A DNA stretch of 64,000 nt from an uncultured Actinomycetota bacterium (GTDB lineage Bacteria; Actinomycetota; Actinomycetes; Actinomycetales; Demequinaceae), in NCBI GenBank assembly GCA_963823015.1, contig CAWGJW010000004.1:540301-604300 (forward strand), read 5' to 3'. The stretch's first letter is position 1. Each line of letters starts with the position of its first letter. The notes under the pieces are model-generated. The model saw nothing but the letters and a program-made list of their open reading frames with translations, did not search any database and was not told the DNA's origin. The position numbers and the translations under genes were made by a program. Shown here one piece after another: positions 39,081-49,272 of the stretch.

Positions 39081-39184
39081 GTCAGCAACCCGGCCTGAGT
39101 CGCCCCCGAACGCACCCAAAGCGAAAGAAGGGGCGCGTTCCGGGGGATCAAGCCTGACCGCCGCCGGGACGCGCCCCTTCTTTC
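39081..39184 (+). repeat. composite element: degenerate junction repeat plus conserved-loop hairpin H3; may also act as the sodA terminator
   Basis: gtcagcaacccggcct (39081-39096) is followed by the stem gaaagaaggggcgcg / cgcgccccttctttc (39123-39137 / 39170-39184). The loop core ggggatcaagcctgaccgcc (39143-39162) is identical to H2. Confidence 0.7.
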
Positions 39185-39187
39185 GCA

Positions 39188-39808
39188 CTACGCGACGATG
39201 ATTCCCTTGGCGTTCGCGGCCGTTGTGAACCGCGCCTGGACGTTCGCCCAGTCGACGACGTTCCACCACGCCTTGACGTAGTCGCCCTTGACGTTCTTGT
39301 ACTGCAGGTAGAACGCGTGCTCCCACATGTCGAGCATCAGCAGCGGGATGAGGCCGATCGGGACGTTGCCCTGCTGGTCGTAGAGCTGGATGATCACGAG
39401 GCGCGAGGACACGGAGTCCCACGCGAGGATCGCCCAGCCGGAGCCCTGGATCGTCATGGCCGTGGCCGTGAAGTGGCCGACGAACGCGTCGAACGACCCG
39501 AACTGGTCGTCGATCGCCGCGGCGAGCTCGCCCGTCGGCTTGTCGCCGCCGTCGGGCGACATGTTCGTCCAGAAGACCGAGTGGTTGATGTGCCCGCCCA
39601 GGTTGAACGCGAGGTTCTTCTCCAGCATGGGGATGGAGCCGAACTCCTGGACGTCGCGCGCCTCCGCCATCTTCTCGAGCGCGGCGTTCGCGCCCGCGAC
39701 GTACGCGGCGTGGTGCTTGCTGTGGTGGAGCTCCATGATCTCCCCGGCGATGTGCGGCGCGAGGGCGCCGTAGTCGTAGGTGAGATCAGGAAGGGTGTAC
39801 GTGGCCAT
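39188..39808 (-). CDS. sodA: Fe/Mn superoxide dismutase
   Basis: 206 aa with [21 protein letters not shown] and [11 protein letters not shown]. Confidence 0.93.
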   Translation of the reverse strand: MATYTLPDLTYDYGALAPHIAGEIMELHHSKHHAAYVAGANAALEKMAEARDVQEFGSIPMLEKNLAFNLGGHINHSVFWTNMSPDGGDKPTGELAAAIDDQFGSFDAFVGHFTATAMTIQGSGWAILAWDSVSSRLVIIQLYDQQGNVPIGLIPLLMLDMWEHAFYLQYKNVKGDYVKAWWNVVDWANVQARFTTAANAKGIIVA

Positions 39809-39822
39809 GGGGAGCGATCCTC

Positions 39823-41429
39823 CTAGTGGTGCTCGTCGGCTGCTGCTGCAAGTTCCGCGGGGGTTAGCGGTTCGACGCGGTCCTCGTAGTAGAACCGCGA
39901 CAGGGCCCGCTTGAGGCGATCCCAGCGGTAACCGGGCCGCTTGACCCCCCGCTCGTTGTACTTCGGTTCGATCTCGATCGGAGTGAGATGATCGTGGCCC
40001 ACGGCGAGCCACATCTCCTGTTCCGTCAACGGTTGGTGAACCTCGATGTATTCCCCAGCCTCGGTCCGAACGATACGCCCGGTCTCGTGGCCGTGGAGCG
40101 CCAACTCGCGGTCCTTGCGCTGGAGGCCGAAGCAGACGCGCTTCGTGATCCAGTATCCGGCGACGGGGAGGACGAAGACCAGCACGCGGAACGTCTCGGT
40201 CAGCGCGTTGATCGAAAGGTGGAACGTGGTCGCGAGGATATCGTTCGACCCGGCGAGCATGAGCACCGCGTAGAACGCGATGATCCCGACGCCGATGCCC
40301 GTGCGGACGGGGACGTTGCGCGGCCGATCGAGGACGTGCTTCTCGCGCTTGTCGCCGGTCGCCCACGCCTCGACGAACGGGTAGATGGCCTGGAATGTGA
40401 AGATCGCGCCGGGGAGCAGGACGCCGGGGATCATGACGTTGAACGGCAGGTCCCATCCGGCGATCGTCACGTCGAGGAAGCCCGGCGTGAGACGGAGCGC
40501 GCCCTCTAGGAAGAGCATGTACCAGTCCGGTTGAGCGCCCGCCGAGACGGGCGATGGATCGTAGGGACCGTAGTTCCAGATCGGGTTGATGGTGAGCATC
40601 GCGCCGAGCAGGGCGAGCACGCCGAACACCACGAAGAAGAACCCGCCTGCCTTCGCGATGTACACGGGCCACAGCGGCAGGCCGACGACGTTCTTGTGGG
40701 TGCGCCCGCCCCCCGGGTACTGCGTGTGCTTGTGCAGGAACACCAGGAACAGGTGCACGCCGACGAGGCCGAGGATCGCGGCGGGGACCAGGAGTACGTG
40801 AAGCGTGTAGAGCCGCGGGATGAGCGCCTCTCCCGGGAACTCGCCGCCGAACATCCAGTAGGAGATCCGCGTCCCGAGGATCGGGATGGACTTGACCACG
40901 CCGTCGAGGATGCGCAGACCGTTGCCGGAGAGCACGTCGTCGGGAAGCGAGTAGCCGGAGAAGCCCGCCGCGAGCGAGAGCGTGAGGAGGCCGAAGCCCA
41001 CCAGCCAGTTGATCTCGCGCGGCTTGCGGAACGCGCCCGTGAAGAACACGCGGAGCATGTGGAGCATGATCGCCGCGGTGAACATCAGCGCGGCCCAGTG
41101 GTGGATCTGCCGGATCAGGAGTCCGCCGCGCACGTCGAACGACAGGTGGAGCGTCGATTGGAAGGCCTGCGACATCTCGACGCCCTGCATCGTCGCGAAC
41201 GACCCGTCGTACACGCACGTGCTCGGTCGACGGGACGAAGTACCCCGTCATGAAGACGCCGGTGATCAGCAGGACGATGAACGAGTAGAGCGCGACCTCG
41301 CCCAGCAGGAACGACCAGTGGTCGGGGAAGAGCTTGCGGGAGAAGAACTTGACGAAGCCGCCGATCGATGGTGCGGTCGTCGACGTAGGCAGGCGCCGTC
41401 GCGTTCGCGGCGCGGGTCACCTTGCTCAC
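39823..41429 (-). pseudogene. qcrB: cytochrome bc1 complex cytochrome b subunit; two frame switches in the first about 215 nt
   Basis: 463 aa are intact from [10 protein letters not shown] onward. The N-terminus ([20 protein letters not shown] / [51 protein letters not shown]) is spread over two other frames. The switches lie near 41368 and 41215. Confidence 0.85.
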
Positions 41430-42440
41430 TTGAGACGCTCCCAGAAGCTCGGGCCGACGGGTTCGTCGAAGTCGCGCTGGGCCACGATGTAGCCCTCGCT
41501 GTCGACGATGATGGGCAGCTGCGGCAAGCGGGCGCTTGGCCGGGCCGAAGATCACCTTGGCGCCGTTGGCCACGTCGAAGGTCGACTGGTGGCACGGGCA
41601 CAGCAGGTGGTGCGTCTGCTGCTCGTACAGCGCCACGGGGCAACCCACGTGGGTGCAGATCTTCGAGTAGGCGATGATGCCGTCGAACGACCAGTCCTCG
41701 CGGCCCGGGCACGACATTCAGGTCGCGGGGGTCGAGGCGGAGCAGCAGGACCACGGCCTTGGCCTTCTCCTCGAGCGGGCCGTGGCGTGTCGTTGAGGCC
41801 GTCAGGGATGACGTGGAAGACCGAGCCGATCGTGACGTCCGCCGCCTTGATGGGCGTGCCGTCCGGGTCGCGCGTGAGCCGCATGCCCTTGCGCCACATC
41901 GTGTGCTTGAGCTTGCCGACGTTCCAGTCGCCGCCCAGGTTCCCGATGAGGGGGATCACGACGCTGAGCGGAGCGATCGCGAGCGCGGTGAGCATGGTGC
42001 CCTTGAGCAGGCCGCGGCGGCCCACGCCGATCCCCGAGTCCGTCGACGCCGTCCTTGAGCATCTGGATGGCGGCCTCGCGCGTGTCGTCGGTCGACCGCA
42101 GCGGGTGGCGCTCCTCGACCATCTCGTGGTCGCGCATGAGCGTCTTGGCCCAGTGGATCGCGCCCAGCGCCGATGCCAACCATCGCGAGGAAGATGCCGA
42201 CGCCCATGAGCGTGGTCATGCGCTGGATGGCGCCGATATCGCTGCCGCCGAGCGGGAGGCAGAGGTACGCGAGGACGGTGCCGACGGTGCCGAGGATCGA
42301 CAGCACGAGCAGCGCCGGCGGCCTGGAGCTCGGCCCGCCGCGCGGCCTTGGGGTCCTCGTCCGCCCGGCGCGGGCGGTGCTCGGCGGGCAGGCCCGGGTC
42401 CGTCGAACGGGATCGTTTCGGGCTCCCGTCTGGTGCTCAT
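41426..42440 (-). pseudogene. qcrA: Rieske iron-sulfur subunit of the bc1 complex; about 7 frame switches
   Basis: Recognisable segments ([146 protein letters not shown]) alternate between the three frames. The switches lie near 42395, 42318, 42168, 42033, 41784, 41706 and 41526. Confidence 0.85.
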
Positions 42441-43229
42441 GAAGACCTCGACTCCGACCCACACGGTGATGCCGATGATGAGGCCCGATGCCCGAGCAGC
42501 CACGCCCACAGGCCCTCGGCGACGGGGCCGAGTGAGCCGAGCGCGAGGCCGCCGGGGGAGCCGCTGCGCTGCTCCTCAAGGTACGAGATGATGTCGCGCT
42601 TGTGCTCGGGCGGTGATGTTCGCGTTGTTGAACACGGGCATCGACTGCGGGCCGGTGAGCATGGCCTCGTAGATGTGCTGCGGGCGTCGTGCTTCAGAGC
42701 GACGGGCGCGAACTTGCCCTGGGTGAGCGCGCCGCCGCCGCCGACCGAGCCGTGGCACATCGCGCAGTTGGTGCGGAACAGCTGCATGCCGTGCGCCGGG
42801 TCGCCCTGCGCGTGGTCGACCTGCTCCGCGTCGGGATCGGCCGGGCCGGCGCCGAGCGAGGCGACGTACGCGGCGAGCTGGTCGATCTGCTCCTGGTTGA
42901 ACTGCGGGCTTCTTGGCCTGCGCCTGCGGGCCCGACGCCTGCATCGGCATGCGGCCGGTGCCCACCTGGAAGTCGACCGCCGCGGCACCCACGCCGACGA
43001 GCGACGGCGCGACACCGTCCTGGCCCTGCGCGTCCAGACCGTGGCACGTCGCGCAGTTGGCGGCGAAGAGCTTCTGGCCCTCGCGCGACCTGCGTCGTCG
43101 GTGAAGCCGTCCGTCGGCCTCGCGCGGGCGCTGACGAACGGCGCACGCCACCGTGATGAGCGCGAGGAGCACGAACACCAGCACGAAGGGAGCCGCCCGG
43201 TGGTAGCGCCGTGCTGCGAGGGAGTGCAT
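42437..43229 (-). pseudogene. qcrC: diheme cytochrome c subunit of the bc1 complex; about 7 frame switches
   Basis: Both heme motifs are present (CATCHG, CAMCHG), but the ORF is split among frames. The switches lie near 43150, 43090, 42905, 42690 and 42610, with more near the 3' end. The stop overlaps the qcrA ATG. Confidence 0.85.
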
Positions 43230-43253
43230 AGGTGAGTCCTCGAGTGTCCGGTC

Positions 43254-43904
43254 CTACTTGAAGCAGATAGATGACGGAGAAGAGCGCGATCCACACGACG
43301 TCGACGAAGTGCCAGTAGTACGAGACGACGATGGTCGTGGTCGCCTCGTGCGTGCCGAACTTCTTCGCCGCGAACGAGCGTCCGAGCACGAAGAGCATGG
43401 CGATGAGTCCGCCGATCACGTGGAGCCCGTGGAAGCCAGTGGTCAGGTAGAACACCGATCCGTAGGGGGTCGCCGAGATGGTCAGGCCGTCGTGACGAGG
43501 TCCGCGTACTCAAAGATCTGGCCCGCAATGAAGAACGAGCCCATGATGTACGTGAGGACGAACCACTCCTGCATGCCCCAGAGGCGCAGGTTCCAGAGCG
43601 AGCCCGTGCGGCGGCGCTGGTAGCGCTCCGCCGCGAACACGCCCGCCTGGCGGTGAACGAGACGGCGACCAGCACGAGCGTGTTCACCAGCGCGAAGGGA
43701 ACGTCGAGTTTCTGCGTCTGCGTCGGCCCACGAACGCCGGCGACTCGCGCGCGGAGCGTGAAGTACATCGCGAACAGACCCGCGAAGAACATGAGTTCGC
43801 TCGAGCCAGACGATGGTGCCAACGGCTACTTGATTGGGTCGCGTCGCGTGGATGGGGGAGGACGCGCTGGCGGCGTGAGGACATGCGCCCATTATGGCGT
43901 ACAT
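43254..43904 (-). pseudogene. ctaE: cytochrome c oxidase subunit III; about 4 frame switches, including one that removes the stop
   Basis: The segments [13 protein letters not shown] / [19 protein letters not shown] / [36 protein letters not shown] / [42 protein letters not shown] lie in different frames. Deleting one t in ctgcttcaagtag would give ..LLK-stop. Confidence 0.8.
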
Positions 43905-43976
43905 CCGGCGCTTGCGGGAGAGGTTTGCCTAACCCGGAGGCGGCGCGTCGCTCGCGACTCGTGCCAGAATGGGGGC

Positions 43977-44403
43977 ATGAGCGACATGGCCAGCGCGACG
44001 AGACCGGCCTCTCGACCGCGCGCATCCGCATCCTGCTGTACAGCGACGACGTCAACACGCGCGAGCGCGTCCGCGTCGGCGTCGGCGAGGCGACGGCTCG
44101 CGCCAGGTCCGGTGGACCGAGGTCGCGACCGAGGCCGCGGTGTTCACCGAGATCGAGGACCACGACTTCGACCTGCTGATTCTCGACGGCGAGGCCGCGA
44201 AGGTCGGGCGGCATGGGCATCTGCTACCAGTTCAAGCACGAGATCTACGCGTGCCCGCCCGTGGTGGTGCTCGTGGGCCGCACGGACGACGCGTGGCTCG
44301 CCACGTGGTCGCAGGCGGACGCGGCGGTGGCGCACCCCTCGATCCCTTCGAGGTGCGCGCCGCCGTCGACGCGTTCTTCCCGCCGCGACCGCGGCCCGAC
44401 TAG
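43977..44403 (+). pseudogene. conserved receiver-like (CheY-fold-like) protein; about 4 frame switches
   Basis: The segments RILLYSDDVNTRERVRVGVG / FTEIEDHDFDLLILDGEAAKVG / MGICYQFKHEIYACPPVVVLVGRTDDAWLATWSQADAAVAHP / LDPFEVRAAVDAFF lie in different frames. The family call is tentative. Confidence 0.5.
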
Positions 44404-44436
44404 TCACCCGCGCGAGCGCGCGAGAGAGGCAAGACC

Positions 44437-45476
44437 ATGGCGACGTGGCCAGACATCCTCACGCGACTATCTCGAAGCACGACCTCGACGCGACCGACGC
44501 CGCGTGGGTGATGGACGAGGTCTTCAAGGACGAGGCCCCCGAGACTCGATGGCCGCCTTCCTCGTCGCGCTGCACACCAAGGGCGAGTCCGTCGGCGAGG
44601 TGACCGGACTCGTCGAGACGATGCTGCGCCACGCGATGCGCATCGAGGTTCCCGGCCGCGCCCTCGACATCGTCGGGACGGGCGGCGACGGCCAACACCG
44701 TCAACATCTCGACGATGGCGTCGCTCGTCATCGCGGGCACGGGCATCACCGTGGTCAAGCACGGCAACCGGGCGGCCAGCGTCGAAGTCGGGCGCGGCCG
44801 ACGTGCTTGCGGCGCTGGGCGTCAACCTCGAACTTCCGCCGCAGCGAGTCGCCGAGCTCGCCACCGAGGTGGGCATCACCTTCTGTTTCGCGCAGGTCTT
44901 CCACCCGGCCATGCGCTTCGCCGGGCCGATCCGCAAGGAGCTGGGCGTGCCCACGATCTTCAACATCCTGGGCCCGCTCACGAACCCCGCCCAGCCCGCC
45001 GCGTCCGCGATCGGCTCGGGCAGCCCGCATGCTCACCCCCGTCATGGCGGGGGTGCTCGCCATCCAGGGACGCGACGCGCTCGTGTTCCGCAGCGACGAC
45101 GGGCTCGACGAGCTCGCCGGAACCTCGCCCGCGCAGGTGTGGGAGGTGCGCGGAGGCAAGGTCACCCACGCGGTCCTCGACCCCGTCGCGGACCTCGGCG
45201 TCGCCGCCGATCACCATTCCGGACCTGCGCGGCGGCGAGGCCAGCGAGAACGCCGGCGTCGCCTGGAGCGTCTTCAACGGCAAGACCGGACCGGTGCGCG
45301 ACACCGTGATCCTCAACGCCGCCGCCGGCCTCGTCGCGGACGGGACCCTGCCGGGGACCGGCGAAGGCAGCCTGGTCGAGCGATTCCAGGCGGGCATGGC
45401 GCTCGCGGCGGCGTCGATCGACGACCGCAAAGCCACCGACGTCCTCGACCGATGGGTCGCGGCCTCGAAGCAGTAG
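44437..45476 (+). pseudogene. trpD: anthranilate phosphoribosyltransferase; about 6 frame switches
   Basis: TrpD signatures ([54 protein letters not shown]) are distributed over all three frames. The switches lie near 44470, 44555, 44695, 44785, 45015 and 45205. Confidence 0.85.
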
Positions 45477-45509
45477 AAACGGCGCGGGCCGCCGAGAAAG
45501 GATGGAGGC

Positions 45510-46886
45510 GTGGGCGCGAAGGGTTGGATGCGGCTGGTCGCGGTCGCGACGCTGGCCGCACTCGTCGTCGGTGCCCCCGCGCTCTCCGGAGGCACCGCGC
45601 GAGCCGTCCACGCCGTCGGCGGCGACGTCGAGGACCTGACGCCGCTCAAGGACACGGTTCCGTTCCCGATCGGCGTCGCGATCGACGCGCGCGAGACCAC
45701 GGGCGACGCCGCGAAGCTCCTCCTCCGGCACTTCAACCAGTTCACGCCCGAGAATCACATGAAGCCCGAGGCGTGGTACGACTCGACGCACGCGTTCGCG
45801 CCGAACCCGCAGATCGCGTCCTTGATGGACTTCGCGCAGGCGAACAACCTCCGTGTGTACGGGCACGTGCTCGTGTGGCATCGCCAGGTGCCGTCGTGGT
45901 TCTTCCTCCGCGACGACGGGGTCACGCCGCTCACGTCCGACCCCGCCGACCAGGAGATCCTCCGGCAGCGCCTCCACGACCACATCTTCTCCGTCGCCCG
46001 GTACCTGAGCGACGGGTGGGGGCCGTTCGGCGGCGGCAACCCCGTCGTCGCGTTCGACGTCGTCAACGAGGTGATCTCCGACAACCCCTCCGACCCCGAC
46101 GGGATGCGCCAGAGCGAGTGGTATCGGATTCTCGGCGAGCAGTACATCGACCTCGCGTTCGAGTACGCGGACGAGGCGTTCAACCACCAGTACGCCGCCC
46201 CGGGCGCTGACAAGCCGGTCACGCTGTTCATCAACGACTACAACACCGAGGTGCCCTCCAAGCGCGCGAACTATCTCGCGCTGATCGACCGGCTGCTCGC
46301 GCGCGGGGTCCCCATCGGAGGGATCGGGCACCAGTTCCACGTCAACCTGGGCGTGCCGGTGGAGGACCTCGCGGCGGCGCTCGACGATGCGTCCGGGCGC
46401 GGGCTCGTTCAGGCGGTGACGGAGTTCGACGCCCCGACGGGCGGCACGTCGGCGGCGGACTTCATCCGGCAGGGGTACTACTACCGGGACGCGTTCCGCG
46501 TGTTCCGCGCGCACGCGAAAGAGTTGTTCTCCGTGACCGTGTGGGGGCTCGACGACGCGCGCAGCTGGCGGGCCAGCGAGGGCGGCCCGCTGATCTTCGA
46601 CGGCAACCTGCGCGCCAAGCCCGCGTACTACGGCATCGTCGACGGGCACTCCGACGAGACGCCGATCTCGGCGTTCGAGTACCCGCGCGACTGGACGCCG
46701 TACTCGATCGGGTTCGGCCTCGTCGTGTTCGCGGGGGCCATGGTGGGGTTGAGGGTGATGCGACGGCGTCGGCGGACCGCGTGGAAACGCCGGCTCGCGG
46801 GCGGCGCGGATCAGGAGTGGACGCGGGACGGCGCGGTCGACGGGCTCAGCCGTCCGCTTCCGCAGAAGAAGCGGCGCGGCTCGTAG
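45510..46886 (+). CDS. GH10 endo-1,4-beta-xylanase with a C-terminal membrane anchor
   Basis: An intact 458-aa ORF with a signal peptide and GH10 motifs (FTPENHMKPEAW, VVNEVISD, VTEFDA). A C-terminal TM helix (IGFGLVVFAGAMVGL) is followed by an RRRRR tail. Confidence 0.85.
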   Translation: MGAKGWMRLVAVATLAALVVGAPALSGGTARAVHAVGGDVEDLTPLKDTVPFPIGVAIDARETTGDAAKLLLRHFNQFTPENHMKPEAWYDSTHAFAPNPQIASLMDFAQANNLRVYGHVLVWHRQVPSWFFLRDDGVTPLTSDPADQEILRQRLHDHIFSVARYLSDGWGPFGGGNPVVAFDVVNEVISDNPSDPDGMRQSEWYRILGEQYIDLAFEYADEAFNHQYAAPGADKPVTLFINDYNTEVPSKRANYLALIDRLLARGVPIGGIGHQFHVNLGVPVEDLAAALDDASGRGLVQAVTEFDAPTGGTSAADFIRQGYYYRDAFRVFRAHAKELFSVTVWGLDDARSWRASEGGPLIFDGNLRAKPAYYGIVDGHSDETPISAFEYPRDWTPYSIGFGLVVFAGAMVGLRVMRRRRRTAWKRRLAGGADQEWTRDGAVDGLSRPLPQKKRRGS

Positions 46887-46986
46887 GGGTGCGGGCCTAG
46901 GGGTGCGGGCCTAGGGGTGCGGGCCCAGGGGTGCGGGGCGCCGGGGTGTCGCGCGCCGGGGTGCGGGGCGCCGGGGTGTCGGGCGC
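46884..46986. repeat. G-run tandem repeats: (taggggtgcgggcc) x3, then (ggggtgcggggcgccggggtgtcgNgcgcc) x2
   Basis: Read directly from the sequence. The array starts at the xylanase stop codon. Confidence 0.75.
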
Positions 46987-47004
46987 CTCGTTCGCGTGTT
47001 CAAG

Positions 47005-47140
47005 CGCCCCTGCAGTCGTTTGACACACGTTTTCGGCCCTTTCCGATGCGAAAGTGACGGCAGGCGCGCTTCCGGCATCGATTTCGGGGCGAAACGGTGC
47101 GGATCTGACTGCAGGGACGCGCTGCAGGCGAATCCGCACC
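47005..47140. repeat. intergenic palindromic element, family X, copy 2
   Basis: cccctgcagtcgtttgacacacgttttcggccc..gatgcgaaagtgacggcagg..ggtgcggatctgactgcaggg is colinear with 14530-14665. Confidence 0.65.
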
Positions 47141-47228
47141 GCGGGTGGGGGTGACGCGGGTGGGGGCGACGCGGGCGCGCGCGGGTCGGAGCGAGGCGCG
47201 TGGGCGCGGCGGGCGGGAGCGCCCCGCG

Positions 47229-48966
47229 CTACCGGCGGCGGGCGGTCCCCGCGTACGCGTCCCAGACGCGCTCGCGGTCGGCCCGGCCCGCGTCGACCCA
47301 GCGCAGGTGTCGGCCCGCGCCGCGGACGGGCTGCGCCCACACACCGTCGACGCTCACCAGGCGCGTGCCCGGTCGCTCGAGCCACGCCGCGACGAGTTTC
47401 TGCTCCTCCACGAGCGGAACCGGGTCCGCGTCCTCAAGGCCCGCGCGCTCGCGGATCTCGCGGACGGCGTCGGCGATCTCCGACCCGGCGACCACGGCCG
47501 TGCCCGCGAGGCGCCCCCGCGACACGACCGCGACCTCCCACGAGTCGCCCGCGCGCCGGGCCGCGGCGATCTCAACGCGTCGGAGCGCGCCGAGCCGGTG
47601 CGCCTCCGCGGCGCCCGCGACCAGCGCGCTCACCCCGTCGCGGAGCTCGGCCGCGCGCTCGTACTCGAGCCTCCCGGCCAACTCCTCGATTCGCGCGGAG
47701 AGGGCCTCGACCACGGGGGAGGGGTCTTCCTCAAGCGCGCCGCGCAGGGAGGAGGCGACGTCGTCGTAGCCGCTCGCCTCCCCACGGACGCACGGCGCGG
47801 GGCAGGAGCCGAGGTCGTCGAGGAGGCAGGACCGCGCGCCGGCGCGCGGCACCAGGGGCAGGCGGGTGGTGCAGGTGCGGACGCCGCCGAGCTCGTGTAG
47901 GGCCTCGACCGCGCGCTTGGCGTCGCCGGCGTTCCGCATGGGGCCGATGTGGGCGGCGTCCCCCGCGAGCGAGCGCACGACGCTGAGCCGCGGGTAGCGC
48001 TCGTCGGTGAGGCGGACCCAGGCGGTCCGTTCGGGCCGCGCGGAGCGCCGGTTGTACCGCGGCCGGTGACGGTCGATCATGCGGATCTCCAGCACGTTCG
48101 CCTCGAGGTCGGTGGGCGTGACGATCGCGTCGACGCGCACGGCGAGCTCGAGCATCTCGCGGATCGCGCGGCGGTTCTCGCCCCGCGTGAAGTACGACTT
48201 CACGCGCGAGCGGAGGTTCTTCGAGGTCCCGACGTACAGCAGCTCGTCCCGCGGGCCCCGGAACACGTACACGCCGGGCTGCGCGGGCACCGTCTCGGCC
48301 ATCGACGCCTTGCGCCGGATGGTCGGAGGCACAGGGTTGCGGAGGGCGTCGAGGTCCTCGCGGTGGGTGATGCCCCAGGCCGCGAGCCGCTCGAACATGT
48401 TGTGCATGATCTCCGAGGTGGCGCGCGCGTCCTCGAGCGCGCGGTGGTTCGGCGTGACGACGGTGCCGAACACCCGCGCGAGGGTGGCGAGCTTCTTGTT
48501 GGGGGCCTCCTCCTTGGTGGTCGACCGCCGGGCGAGCGTGACCGTGTCGACGACGGCGTTGCCGGGCCAGCGGTACCCGTGAGCGCGGCACGCGGCCTTG
48601 AGGAACCCGACGTCGAAGGGCGCGTTGTGCGCGACGAGCACGGCGTCGCCGAGCGAACTCGAGGAAGGAGGGAAGCACCGCCTCGATGCGCGGCGCCGCC
48701 ACGACCATCGCGTCGGTGATGCCGGTGAGCGCGACGATCATCGGCGGGATGGGCATCCCGGGGTCGACGAGGGTCTGGAACTCGCCGATGACCTCGCCGC
48801 CGCGCGTCTTGACCGCGCCGATCTCCGTGATGGCGCTCGTCCGCGGGGAGCCGCCGGTGGTCTCGAGGTCGACCATCACGAAGGTGACGGAGGACAGCGG
48901 CTCGCCGATCTCGTCCAGCGCGACCTGCCGCGGCGAGCCGGCGGCGAGGTCGGGGGGCGACGTCAT
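47229..48966 (-). pseudogene. DEDD (DnaQ-like) exonuclease fused to a GIY-YIG nuclease domain; one frame switch near 48650
   Basis: The N-terminal part [28 protein letters not shown] is in one frame. [44 protein letters not shown].. is in another. Confidence 0.8.
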
Positions 48967-49032
48967 GTGCCGACGCTACTCCCGGACGTCGGACGCGAAG
49001 CCGTGTCAGAGCCCGTGCGTAGCGTGGGACGC

Positions 49033-49236
49033 ATGAAGATCGACTGCGATACCTGCGTCGTGCGTGGCGACGCGTGCGGCGACTGCGTCGTCTCCTTCCT
49101 CACCATCCCGGTGAGGCCCGGGCTCCGTCCCGTGGGCGAGCGGCCCGAGGTCGTGCAGATCGACGACGCTCAGGCGCGGGCCATCGACGCGCTCGCCCAC
49201 GCCGGGCTCATCGCCCCGCTCCGACACCTCGCGTAG
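49033..49236 (+). CDS. small Cys-rich conserved hypothetical protein
   Basis: 67 aa (MKIDCDTCVVRGDACGDCVV..), a putative metal-binding CxxC..CxxC protein. Confidence 0.5.
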   Translation: MKIDCDTCVVRGDACGDCVVSFLTIPVRPGLRPVGERPEVVQIDDAQARAIDALAHAGLIAPLRHLA

Positions 49237-49272
49237 GGGGTCGGGTTTCGGCCCGGGCGCCGTCCGCCTCGC

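Noticed and set aside
29681-39184. Integron, ICE or prophage identity for the island.
   Set aside because: I could recognise no integrase, relaxase, capsid/terminase or transposase genes, and no flanking tRNA. The cassette-like repeats are therefore reported only as an unexplained architecture.
39188-41251. A 687-aa ORF that would fuse SodA to an upstream Arg-rich region overlapping qcrB.
   Set aside because: Only the last 206 aa are SodA, with its own ATG at 39808. The upstream part is an off-frame read through qcrB.
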